Below, in pieces: positions 11,533-22,356 of a stretch of DNA of 64,000 nucleotides (within the stretch, counting starts at the first letter, position 1; every line of letters begins with the position of its first letter). This DNA comes from Epithemia pelagica (taxonomy: Eukaryota > Protista > Bacillariophyta), in assembly GCA_946965045.2 (NCBI GenBank), contig OX337230.1:3224001-3288000 (forward strand), in the 5' to 3' direction. The notes under the pieces are model-generated. The model was not told where the DNA came from, did not search any database, and was given only the letters and a program-made list of their open reading frames with translations. A program made the position numbers and the translations under genes.

Positions 11533-13947
11533 ATGGAAGGCATGTTCCAGCCGGGCGGTCCAGTGGTTGCGACGCATCATCATCAGCCTCATGCCGATGC
11601 GTACAGCTACAATAGCAGCTACAATCGCAGTTACAGCAACAGCTACAATAGTGGATATTTCCAACGTTCCGTGGAAGTTTCCAGTATGCCTCCGGCGTCG
11701 GTCGTGACCCATGGTTCTTCCGCGACGCGATGGACGACGAGCGGAGGTCCACGACCCGAAGTGGTCATTATTACCGATTTGGACCGAAAACGTTCGGGAC
11801 GGGGAGGTGATCGAGGAAACTTTCGTCGTCAACAGCAACAACTTCAAAAGGCGCAGTCCTTTTCGAATACGACAAGACGATCCTTGAAGCCAAAGCAGCA
11901 ACGGTCCCAGGGTTCATCCTCGTCTTCGTCCTCCTCTCCCCGCGGTGGAGGAGCTTCCTCGCCCCTTTCCATGACGCGACGCCACCGATGGGATGCCTCT
12001 ACCTCGGATCGAAAGAAAAAGTCGGCCACCACCAAAAGCAGCGGCCACAATAACAATAACAATAGCACTAGCGTCGCCTTGATGCCCATGGGTGTGGTCA
12101 CCTCGACACAAGCGTCGGCGACACGAGGACGTGTCACTCCTCCCGAACGGTCGTCCCCTCCCTCGTTATCTCTCAACGCCAACAGTGCCAAATATTCCTC
12201 TTCGTTCATGACGACTCCAGGCGTTGCCACTGGCGAACCTCACGGGGCCACGTCCCCCGACTCGACCTTGCCGTACCACGCACAAAAACGAATTTCCTCA
12301 CCCCCGCACGAAGCAAGCTCTCATCCCGTTTCTCACTCGACCACGGCACCCACGAGTAGCAGTCCATCCTTGCTACCGACCACCTCGACCATGACCGAGT
12401 CGACCAACATGTCGACACAGCAACGACTCCTTCAAACGCGAAGCCTGTCACCCTCCAATTTGGACGAACGCAGTCGCAAATCCATGTCGTCACCCACACC
12501 CAGTCTGTTGGTTCGAAGAGGCGGCGGAGCCAACAACAGCGCGAATGCAAGTACGGGCAATTCCAAAGCCAACAACAACAAGGGTCCCATTATTGAATCC
12601 AGCAACTCGGCGCATGAAGTGGTCCTGCAACCCACCCTGTCCACCCACAGCGGCCTGGTCGTCAACCGACCGCATCGCAGTTTGGACAATTCCTATCACC
12701 AGCAGTGGAACAACAGCATCAAGAACAAGCAACATAGTATTCATGGGAGTAGTAACAACAGTACCAGTGGCAAACGAAGTGTCAAGAGTCACAAGAGCAA
12801 CACCACCACGACCACTGGTGGTGGAAGCAGTCACAAGAGTGGGAGCCGGGCCAGTCAGCCAAACTCCCAAAAGCACTCGCTTCGCATGAATAACCACCAG
12901 AACAAGAAACGAACGACCAACAGCTCGGAACTGGTCGAGGGTGCCAACGGATTATCTTCGTCGCGGATCAAGGCCTTGTTGGACAATCATTTGGCCGGGA
13001 GCGATGACGATCGCAAGGGATCCTCGCGAAAAGGAAAACGGGGCAACAAACAGCAACAACAACAACAACGCAAGGACGCTGCCCACAGTGGCAAGGACCA
13101 TGATCACCGAGTATCCACTTCCCCCTCCATATTATCGGCTCGAGCCACGAGCATTTTGGACAAGCGTTTTGGATCCCATCCTCCTGTGAGTGCCACCAAA
13201 GCCCAAAACTACCAGGAATATTGCTCGGAGGCATACCTGTACATGTCGACCGATGGCGACCAAAATGACGACGACGAGGACGACGACGAAGACGAAACCC
13301 AGAGTTCCTCCAGTTTGTTTAATTCCGTGGATCGGGAAGACGACGACGATCACCGAGCCGAAGAATCCGACGACGATACATATGACGATACCGACGATAC
13401 CGACGATGAGGAAACCTCTTTGGAGAGCACCATTGCCACCCACGAACAAGATTCGGCCTTTCCCGAGGATGCGTTGACCGAGTCGACTCGAACCAATGGT
13501 GGTGGATGGGGATCCTACTCGTGGTTGTTCCCGGCGTTGACCACGGAATGTACGCATTTGTTTTCCGAGCATTCCTCGGATGGCCTTTCCGAGTTTGACG
13601 ACGACAATCCGGTCGATCACAGTCCATCCACTAATACACCGCCCCGAAGAAGACAGCGACAAGAACCACCCCACAAAGTCATTCCCTTGTCGGCTGCCGC
13701 CTCGGAACGCCAACGACAATACCCACAAACGGGGTTTTCGGTCTTGCAAAGTGACAAACACCAAAAGAAGCAAAATGAGCCCATACACCGCATGATCCGT
13801 TCCATGAGTCAGAGCAGGAAAGCTGGTCGTATTCGATTGAATCCACCACGTCCTGCAGCACAATCCTACCACGATGATTCCGATTTAATGTCCAGCCCAT
13901 CTCAAGATACGAATGAGGAATCGTTTTTCTCTCTCAACGCATTCTAG
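11533..13947 (+). CDS. Hypothetical low-complexity S/T/N/Q-rich protein with acidic tract, 804 aa
   Basis: Long uninterrupted ATG-initiated ORF; no recognisable domain. Confidence 0.75.
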   Translation: MEGMFQPGGPVVATHHHQPHADAYSYNSSYNRSYSNSYNSGYFQRSVEVSSMPPASVVTHGSSATRWTTSGGPRPEVVIITDLDRKRSGRGGDRGNFRRQQQQLQKAQSFSNTTRRSLKPKQQRSQGSSSSSSSSPRGGGASSPLSMTRRHRWDASTSDRKKKSATTKSSGHNNNNNSTSVALMPMGVVTSTQASATRGRVTPPERSSPPSLSLNANSAKYSSSFMTTPGVATGEPHGATSPDSTLPYHAQKRISSPPHEASSHPVSHSTTAPTSSSPSLLPTTSTMTESTNMSTQQRLLQTRSLSPSNLDERSRKSMSSPTPSLLVRRGGGANNSANASTGNSKANNNKGPIIESSNSAHEVVLQPTLSTHSGLVVNRPHRSLDNSYHQQWNNSIKNKQHSIHGSSNNSTSGKRSVKSHKSNTTTTTGGGSSHKSGSRASQPNSQKHSLRMNNHQNKKRTTNSSELVEGANGLSSSRIKALLDNHLAGSDDDRKGSSRKGKRGNKQQQQQQRKDAAHSGKDHDHRVSTSPSILSARATSILDKRFGSHPPVSATKAQNYQEYCSEAYLYMSTDGDQNDDDEDDDEDETQSSSSLFNSVDREDDDDHRAEESDDDTYDDTDDTDDEETSLESTIATHEQDSAFPEDALTESTRTNGGGWGSYSWLFPALTTECTHLFSEHSSDGLSEFDDDNPVDHSPSTNTPPRRRQRQEPPHKVIPLSAAASERQRQYPQTGFSVLQSDKHQKKQNEPIHRMIRSMSQSRKAGRIRLNPPRPAAQSYHDDSDLMSSPSQDTNEESFFSLNAF

Positions 13948-14301
13948 AATGGCACAAGTACCGCAAAACATGAACCATGCTGCAACACGTCTCTGTAGTT
14001 TCTTTTTGCAGTAGTCTAACTACATATATAAACATGAATCGTCTCTACACGCTCTAAACATTGCTGTTCTCCATAGCGACTTTACAGAAACGAAATAGAG
14101 AAAGCTTGTTGGGAAATGTCCGAGTACTTTAGTTTGTCAGACCCACAACAAGTTGGAATCGAGTAACAAGGATCGACGCTACGTCGCAGAAAAAGGACCC
14201 TCCATTTACTCGACACCACCAAACCATCAGGGAAGCGACTGTTCGTCTATCTATAACCGTTCCACCCAACTACAGTCTATTTTGCTCCAGTTTGACAAAG
14301 A

Positions 14302-15753
14302 CTACGACAAGGGTACATCGGCGGCACAGGGTTGGCACTCTTGCGATGGAACAAATCCAAAGTGTTCTTGTTCCAATGTCCAATTGACAACCATCTTGCT
14401 ACCACCACCATGAATCCATTCCGCCATGGTGGGGGAAATGCACTGATACTGATGCAATTCGTGCGAGGTAGGAGACAAGGGTTGATAGTACGGCTCAAGT
14501 GTCAAGCCATGTCGTTCCGACACTTCCATTATGGTTCGATGAGGAGCCGCTTCAAAGTCCCGCAAATGAATCAACACAATGGGAAGGGCCATTTCGTGAC
14601 GAAACGACGTGACTGCTTCCTGAGCAGCTTGAATGACTTGCGCCATGAGTTGCAATTTAAAGGTTCGCAACTGAAAAATGTGGTCAAAGGGGGGCATGTA
14701 GTGGCCGGGTGTGTGGGGTCGAACCACGTCGTTTTGCGGTGCTTGTTGTTTGTGGTGATTGAGGTAATGGATATTGTGAATGGCCCATTCCTTCCAGGGT
14801 TGACGTGCAAAGTCTTCCAACGACATGGTTTGAGTTTCTGGCTGTGCTTGCATCATAATATAGGGCGATCCATGACACAATTCATCCTCCGTATATTCGT
14901 CCATATTTTCGTTGTTACCTTGGTTTTGTTGTTGGGCCCCAAACGGCTGGGTGGGACACAAATGCCAGGGTTTCCGTCGCATGGCATCGGCCCATTCACA
15001 AGGACTCCGTACGACCAAGACAAAGAGAGCTCGACTACTCCTAGGCTGGTTGTCGTTGTTGCTGTGGCCGCGAAAGTATTGCACCAAGGTTTGGTATTCC
15101 GTCTCGTTCAACAAGGTTTGTCGAAACATGTGCTTGCTCTGAAACACTGGAATGTCGTTCGAAAAGGGATTTGCCAGTTTCTTTCTTTTCACTCTTGGAC
15201 GTTTTCCGGGTAGGTTTCGTCCTTGCCGTAGGAATTCTTGGACATTTTGCTTCTTCTTCTGGTTCAAGTCAATCTTGGTGTCGCTGTTCCAACGACTATA
15301 CGATCGAAAGGCTCGAAATAAGGCCTCCTCCACGTAGTTCGTACCGGAATTGCGTTCGCCGAGCAAATAAATTCGAGATACCTTGGGGATTGGTGAAAGT
15401 GTTGTTGTTGTTCTTGTTGTTGAGGTAGACATGGTGTCCCTGTAGTCATTGCTCTTGTCCAAGGTGGGAGATTGTTGTTGTTCTTTGAGTGGAGTACGGA
15501 ATCGGCTGCTTGTCGTCGTCGTCGTCGTCGTCAATGACAAGGAAGATATCAAACTGTCCATGGCCAGATCTGAGGAATCGCCCCGCACCTGCACCGAAAC
15601 GATGCTCACCATACTGTACACCACCAAAGCAAGAAAGGCGAGGCGACAGAGCATGACAATGCCACCACAACGGGGTAAACCGGGACGACAGTCATTGCCA
15701 AGCATATGAATCAACGTCGAAACCATCATGGTGCAACAAGCATTCTGCCACAA
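14302..15753 (-). CDS. Sulfotransferase-like (P-loop fold) type II membrane protein; start uncertain (ATG at 15729 or 15705)
   Basis: N-terminal hydrophobic helix; IYLLGERNSGTNY (5'-PAPS-binding loop-like), SKHMF, VLVVRSPCEW. Confidence 0.7.
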   Translation of the reverse strand: MWQNACCTMMVSTLIHMLGNDCRPGLPRCGGIVMLCRLAFLALVVYSMVSIVSVQVRGDSSDLAMDSLISSLSLTTTTTTTSSRFRTPLKEQQQSPTLDKSNDYRDTMSTSTTRTTTTLSPIPKVSRIYLLGERNSGTNYVEEALFRAFRSYSRWNSDTKIDLNQKKKQNVQEFLRQGRNLPGKRPRVKRKKLANPFSNDIPVFQSKHMFRQTLLNETEYQTLVQYFRGHSNNDNQPRSSRALFVLVVRSPCEWADAMRRKPWHLCPTQPFGAQQQNQGNNENMDEYTEDELCHGSPYIMMQAQPETQTMSLEDFARQPWKEWAIHNIHYLNHHKQQAPQNDVVRPHTPGHYMPPFDHIFQLRTFKLQLMAQVIQAAQEAVTSFRHEMALPIVLIHLRDFEAAPHRTIMEVSERHGLTLEPYYQPLSPTSHELHQYQCISPTMAEWIHGGGSKMVVNWTLEQEHFGFVPSQECQPCAADVPLS

Positions 15754-16276
15754 AAAGGCGAAAGAAAGTTAGAGTGTCTTCCAACCGTTTGTTGGTTCTT
15801 CAGTTTTTTGTTTCTTGATCTTGGTAACTCCCGTTTTAGTCTTGATCCCATACTCGTTGCGCACCGCCCTCACAAAAAATGTAGAGCCACGATTGCGGCA
15901 AACCACAACCACGCGATGACACGCATAGATTGACGATCGGAGATAGTTCTTGGTGCACCCCGTTTTCGCTCTCACCACACCGTCCGTTGGTATCCTGTGG
16001 CGCTGCTCCAACAAACACAACAGTTATACAAGAGAGCGAACCACACAACTCCCAAAACGTTACGATTGCAAACTCTTCGTAATTTCCATTGCTGGATTGT
16101 TCTTTCTGTGGTGGTCGTATGTGAGGACAATGAGATCTTGTAATGACATGATTTGCACAGACGATATGACAAAGGAACCATTCAACCAGAACCGCCTTGT
16201 CGTGCAATCAGAGCAAGCAACGACAAGAACAACAACATCACGACAGATTCGTATTGCAACCTCCCGTTCCAGGAAA

Positions 16277-18154
16277 ATGTGTTCCCGATATTGCTGTTGG
16301 TTGTGGATGTTGGTACTGCTCGGAGGACAGTGGCAACTGGCGGAAAGTCCATCCAGAGGGCCTTTTGTGACGGCAGACGAGGCACTTGACAAAAGAGGAC
16401 GAAAAGAAGAAGCAACAATGGGTGCAAACAAACCAGCGCACCGGCGGGTGTCACACTTGCGCGCACTCTCAACCAGCAATAGTGACAATGCAGAATGTAT
16501 TGACAACATGGAATGGGCCGATGCCAATAACGATGGCCGATTGAATGAGGCCGAATTTGGAGCCTTTGTCACGATACAGTCGGGAGACTCCATTGTTCAA
16601 CCGATGCAACAATTAAGTTTTGTCACCATTTTTGTGTCGGAAGCTTGTACGCAATGTACGGCCCTTTCTGGAGGAACAACACCCTCGGATTGTTGTATTG
16701 GCTCCAATGCTCACATTGACATTTCGTCGGATTTGTTGCAATCCAATCCAACACAGTATTGGGATACCATCGACTATGTCTGTAGCGCCGTCTTGGAGCA
16801 ACTTCCGACGGCCATGCCCACCAGTTCCATGGCACCCAGTGATTCCCCGGCACCTTCGACTGTTCCTTCCTCCTCTCCCTCGTCTCCATTTCCGAGTGCG
16901 GTACCCTCCACATCCCCGCAACCAACTACCTCGAGCGCTCCGACAGGTCCGGTCACGTGGCAATTGGTGGGTGATCCCGTGGTCAGTGAGAATGGAGAGG
17001 GTCTCGTCACGGCCTTTGGTCATGATGTGGCCTTTGTGCCACAAGGAAACGACAAGTATCTAGTTGTGGGTGAACCACACAATGACAATTCCACGGTAGG
17101 TCAAGTGACCTTACACAAACGTCCACTTTGGCAAACCACTACACCAGATTGGAATGTGACAGACTCTCGTCGTTGCTTTGGCCATGCCTTGGATGCTGGA
17201 TTGGTATCCACCACCAGCGGCCATGCCCGTTCCAGCCTCTTGGTGGGTGCCCCTGGTACCATCAACCCCAGTTTTCCCAACTTGGATTTTGGATCGGCTC
17301 ATTACTTTCAGTGGGATGAGGCAACAGGCGATTGGACCACGTTGGGCACAGAACTGGGTGTCCGTTCCGGAGGCCAACCCTTTGAATCCAGTGGATATTT
17401 TGGCAGTTCCGTGGCCATGGCTCGATCCATGTTGAGGATTGCTGTCGGAGCTCCCAGTAGTAGTACCGGGACCCTGTCGGATACAGGACGAGTATACACA
17501 TTTGACTACAACGGGATGGAATGGGATCCCCTCACTACACCCTTGGTGGGAGAGGAACAAGAGGCTGCATTGGGAACCTCCGTCGCCCTCTCATACAATG
17601 GCAATCGATTGCTTATGGGGGCACCAGGTCGACGGGGTGGTGATGGACAAGCTACGTTTATGGAATGGACTGGTACTGAATGGCGAACCATTTTGAACCT
17701 GGCTGGAGTGTCGGAATCCAGCGAGGCAATGGGTACAACCGTGGCCATTGTCGCCGAGCATGGACGACGCATTGCTGTGGGAGCACCGTTCTACGATGAC
17801 GGGACGGGTGGCAATCGAGGAATGGTCCGCGTCTATGAAGAATTCGACTCCCTTCCTGGCTTTTTTCAACGACTAGGAACCGACGAGGATTTTATCCGGG
17901 ACGCCGACGATGCCAGCGATGGAGATCGCATTGGTACGACCTTGTGTGGAGCCAAGGGATTGGTCTGTTTCGGAACTGACAATGGATCCTTTCGTGTCTA
18001 CGACTACGATGGTACCAATTGGGTTCGACTTGGAGAACTCTCCGTTGCCAATTTGGGTTCCCCTGTTGTATCCATTACCATGTCCGAGACTGCAGACTCG
18101 GTAGCGGTTGGACTGGCCAATCGAGAAGTGCAGGTGTTTGAACTCACGGTTTAA
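16277..18154 (+). CDS. Secreted FG-GAP/integrin-alpha-like beta-propeller protein with EF-hand-like N-terminus and P/S/T stalk
   Basis: Signal-like CCWLWMLVLLGG; DANNDGRLNEAEF; SMAPSDSPAPS stalk; repeats FGHDVA..LVVGEP, FGSSVAM..IAVGAP, LGTSVALS..LLMGAP. The ORF is open from 15950. Confidence 0.8.
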   Translation: MCSRYCCWLWMLVLLGGQWQLAESPSRGPFVTADEALDKRGRKEEATMGANKPAHRRVSHLRALSTSNSDNAECIDNMEWADANNDGRLNEAEFGAFVTIQSGDSIVQPMQQLSFVTIFVSEACTQCTALSGGTTPSDCCIGSNAHIDISSDLLQSNPTQYWDTIDYVCSAVLEQLPTAMPTSSMAPSDSPAPSTVPSSSPSSPFPSAVPSTSPQPTTSSAPTGPVTWQLVGDPVVSENGEGLVTAFGHDVAFVPQGNDKYLVVGEPHNDNSTVGQVTLHKRPLWQTTTPDWNVTDSRRCFGHALDAGLVSTTSGHARSSLLVGAPGTINPSFPNLDFGSAHYFQWDEATGDWTTLGTELGVRSGGQPFESSGYFGSSVAMARSMLRIAVGAPSSSTGTLSDTGRVYTFDYNGMEWDPLTTPLVGEEQEAALGTSVALSYNGNRLLMGAPGRRGGDGQATFMEWTGTEWRTILNLAGVSESSEAMGTTVAIVAEHGRRIAVGAPFYDDGTGGNRGMVRVYEEFDSLPGFFQRLGTDEDFIRDADDASDGDRIGTTLCGAKGLVCFGTDNGSFRVYDYDGTNWVRLGELSVANLGSPVVSITMSETADSVAVGLANREVQVFELTV

Positions 18155-19569
18155 AATACTTTTATATTCTGGCGTCGTCATGGCGTGCAATCTACTCTTT
18201 CATTATTCATATTTATAATCATTATGTACATGTAAACACTTCGTGAAGCAAATGCCATAAAGCAACTAAATGAGGATCAACGAATAATTTTGGGCATCAT
18301 CGTCAGACAGTGCTGGACAGACCTTCCTTCAGTGTGCCTACTATGCAGCAGTGATCGTTTATAGTTGAACATGCACCAGCATTGTTTTGCCGTGGTCATG
18401 GAGACAGAAAACGGGCAACTTTACGCCGATCCACACGATGAGTCCGTCACCTACAACAAGTGGATGGCAGGTGCACAACGACTTCTCATTCACTCTTTCC
18501 AAAGCGCGACAGAAACAACGTTTGCAGATTGGTTCCTCTTCTTCCGTGTTTCCTCTCAAGTTTCCGAGTCTTTTGCATCACCAAAAGGAGCTTTGATGCT
18601 TCCCATCTTTGGATGCTGCTTCTGCTTCTCGCATTAGAATTCTACGAGCCATTTCCTCTTGTATTTCACGGAAGCAGTCCAGTTCCCTATTCGCTCTAGC
18701 AGTTTGTTTCCCGTGAAAGATAGGACGATCAACGTGACTTGGGAAACGCAGGTGGTATTTCACTTCCAGCAGAAGCGTTGAGACTTGAGACGCCGTGTGA
18801 ATGGAAAACCGCACACACGAGTGTTGGTCTACGGATGCAACAACATTTGTTCTACGCGCGATGTTGGTTTCCGTCCAGCAGCAGATGTTAGAGGTACAAA
18901 AGAAAGTCGCATTCGATAAATGCCGGTTGGTTCGAGCAAGCGTAGCAAGAAGTTTGACCGCTCCTCATGGGGGGCTGTTGGGGTGAGGCTGGGGTTCGGA
19001 AGATGTAGATGCTGGAAGTGCTCAAGAGAGAACAGATAATTCGATTATGATGTGTGCCCATTTTCCACTTTCTAGTTTCTAGATCAACGAGATACGCTAC
19101 GCGCGCACACACGCCACCACCGACCGACAAAATAATAATACTCCTCAGAACGGAGCGAAGATTCGGACTTGAAAAATGAATGCGTTTGAACGACCTAACA
19201 GTATAAGGCTCTTATCAATCTTACAATTCGAACGGATTTGAAACTCTGGAGAGTAGTTTGGGGGATCATATGTACACCCAACAAGAAATAATAGGTCATT
19301 TGCATTCTCGAAATAATGACATCATCATCTCATTCATCATACAATAATGCTACTCTTTTGTCGGCTACTCCTACATAGCACTCCTAGCTCTCTAGCTACT
19401 ACCTCTCTGGCTCTCTTAGTTAGAGAGTCTAACCTTACTTGCTTGAGAGAAAGTAGGAGTTACTCCTATGTGCTACTCCTATGGAGTACTCCTAAGGTTA
19501 CTACGTATAGAGTTAGTAGTAGAAAGCTAGGAGTACTCCTATGAGCTATGAGAGCTATGAGAGCTACTA

Positions 19570-19603
19570 CAAGCTGAGTTCAGACAGAATGTTCCTGACG
19601 TAG
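19570..19603 (+). repeat. Left terminal inverted repeat
   Basis: TA|CAAGCTGAGTTCAGACAGAATGTTCCTGACGTAG. Confidence 0.85.
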
Positions 19604-20197
19604 CGCTCCAGTAGGAAATCTACGTAATCCGCGCGAGCCATCCCCTTAATATAGCCCTTCTATTTATGCCTCTACCGTTCTACCAAAAATTGACCATGGT
19701 GAACGGTCCTTTTGACCGATCTCTTGCCAAATAGGAGACGGCTCCATGATCCCATGCTCTGAACCTCTTCTCCATTCATGGGTTGAGCATGGAGAACGAT
19801 GTCGGCGCTGCATTCGTTTTGTAGGTGTCGTTTTATCTAGTTGAAGGTGGTCGCCGCGCGATTTACTACGGCGACTCACGGCAAAACTTGGTGCAACCAA
19901 TGCACCTCTATTGTAGAATCGAATGATAGAAGATAGAACAAAGACTATGAACACTTGTAGCGTTGTTCACGTCAAAAATTGATATTCTTCTCGTTAGATA
20001 TATGGAACTTAGACTAGAAGTTGCGTCGTTCACAACAAAGATTGATGTTCTTTTCTTTGTTGTGACTCACACAGCCGTACCTGAACGCAATGTATTGTAC
20101 GGTAAACGTAACACAACTATAGAATTAGATCGTATTCATAGAGAATGAAGATCCTACTCAAATGATAATCATAAAACGCTGCTACATTGTTCACTAT

Positions 20198-20770
20198 CTA
20201 GGCTTGTTGATGATTAAAAAAGAGATTTTGAAGCGGGTGCTTGAGCATCATCGCACCAAGCGAAATATTGAAGCGATCCATATCCTTGCTGCCCATGTAG
20301 ATTGTAACGACCTGGGGTTCCATGCAGGCTTTAGGGTTGATGGAGCAGCGTGTGTAGAGGCGGATGCGTCCCATGGGAGGTCCGTTCTTGCTCGTCTTTC
20401 CAGAGACCTGGTCCAGGTGCGACAGAGCAATGAACCCAACTGGAACAACCAACGCTGGTTCCTCATGCTCGCTTGTTGCATCCCGGTCAAAGACTGCAAT
20501 CCGTAGGTAGTCGGTCGCAAGCTCCCGCTGCACAAGCAGATGGCCACGGTCGACGATGTTGTGGCCAGTGTCCTTGTTTCTCGACATGGGCCCGATGAGC
20601 GCGCAAACATCGCTGGCATAAAAGCACGACTTGAACGGGAGACCAGCACCACCCTCACGGCCATCCTCTTCGTTGAACTCGAACTTCGTCCTCATGTTGG
20701 TCATCTTGTTTCTTCTTCCTTGCCTCTTCCTGTCGTCTCTGTTTGATTGTTCCATTGCACGGCGGGTCAT
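20198..20770 (-). CDS. Hypothetical protein, 190 aa (transposon cargo)
   Basis: ATG-initiated ORF with globular-looking composition, divergent from the 20942 gene; no recognised domain. Confidence 0.45.
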   Translation of the reverse strand: MTRRAMEQSNRDDRKRQGRRNKMTNMRTKFEFNEEDGREGGAGLPFKSCFYASDVCALIGPMSRNKDTGHNIVDRGHLLVQRELATDYLRIAVFDRDATSEHEEPALVVPVGFIALSHLDQVSGKTSKNGPPMGRIRLYTRCSINPKACMEPQVVTIYMGSKDMDRFNISLGAMMLKHPLQNLFFNHQQA

Positions 20771-20941
20771 TCGGAAGTTGCTTCATGCTGCAAGTTGATT
20801 TTGTGGCGCGCGCCGATATTGTTCACGAATGAGCGCGGGGGGATTCCCTAGATGACACAAGAACGGAGAGCGGGCAACAATCAAACAAACAAACACAACA
20901 ATCAAACGAACGAATCCCTATTGTGTTCTCACTTTCCAACG

Positions 20942-21848
20942 ATGCGCCAGACGCGTAGTGCTACCAAACGAGCTGAGTCTGCGAAGAAGGAGCAGGAGGA
21001 CTCCGCCGCAGCTCCCTCCACAACCGCATTTCCCTCCGACAAGGGAAACAAGGGAAACAAGGCAAACAAGAAAATGAAGACGAAGACGGCCGTGGACAAC
21101 AAAACGTCGAAGAAGAAGAAGACGACGACGACGAAGTCTCCCGCTTCGACAAAGAAGCATGTGACCTTCAACCTTGAGGGTCCTTCGTCGTGGCACGAGC
21201 GCGCAAAACAGTGGCAACTCACCATTGGGGATGAAGATGGTATCCCAGTGTTCTTCGTCAGCAACAAGGACGTCGAATGCGCTAACCTGTCGGATATCGC
21301 GGCAGAGCTCCTTGCGATCGAGGCTGTCGGCAAAGAAGGTAAGTTTGATTGTTCATTGTTGGTTTTGAGTCTCCCTTTCTCACGACGCGCCCTCTGCTGC
21401 CACAGACACCAAACCCAACAGCAAGCCCGACAACAAGCCCGACAGCAAGCCCGAGAAGGAGATCAAGAAGGAGGACGACGTCGAGAACAAGACTCCAGAG
21501 TCTTATGTGACCCCGAAGAAAGTAACTTCTTCCCCGAAGGTGGCGTCTCGAGCTTTCGCACTGACCCCCTCCCAGAAGCATGCTTTCCAGCGTCGGATTG
21601 CTGAGGAACAGGTGAAGGAAAGTGGAGCGACAGACCCTCGCCAGACTTTGAATGAGTCGCTGGCATTGGGAGAAAACATCCTGTCGTCTCCTCCTTTGTT
21701 CTTTAGCAATCCTTCCCGTGCATACCGGACATCCATTGATTCGTATGCCGATGATGGATTTCTCGAGACCCAAGAAGACTTCATCGGTACGCAGCAAAAC
21801 GGGCTTTTTGGTCCCAATTACTTGGATCATGAGGACAAGGCGTACTAG
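20942..21848 (+). CDS. Two-exon Lys-rich hypothetical protein (transposon cargo)
   Basis: Exons 20942-21338 and 21406-21848; a 67-nt GTAAG..CACAG intron joins ORF 20852 in frame with ORF 21507. Confidence 0.6.
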
Positions 21849-22356
21849 ATATCTACTGATGGACGTTTTAGGTATCCTTAATCACTAAATATGAATCGAT
21901 TTGTCATCATGGTAGTGCTTCTACAGTCATTCTTGTTGTGATTATCATCATTGTCGTCGTCCAAGTCCTCGTCATTGTCGTGGCTATCATTGTCGTCGTT
22001 GTATTGTAGTCGTCCTTGTTGTAGCTATCATTGCTCATCCTGTTTGTCCTCTTCATCATCATCGTCATCGTCGTTATCCAGCTTGCCAGTGTCGGTAGTT
22101 GGGTCCCGGTTTGCGGGCACGCCTCGTATGGATGTACGAGGGAGTTTGTGATTGGTCCCAGACGAGCTATGATTCTTATCTCATATTTTGCGTTTTCGAC
22201 ACAACACGACAATGTACTAAAGTATAATATGAAGGAATAAACTAGTAAATCTTAATATCATACTGCAACTCAACGTACCATGGTATTCTTTTTCAACAAT
22301 AACACACTTTCACCACAAGGAAAGATCTAAGTTTGATCGGCTTCTTTGTTCGCGAT

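Noticed and set aside
18359-19130. Short ORFs on both strands
   Set aside because: No recognisable motif or consistent exon chain; possibly a decayed gene.
21900-22212. Acidic GAT/GAC-rich stretch as a separate gene or last exon of the SET gene
   Set aside because: Frames contain stops and splice support is weak.
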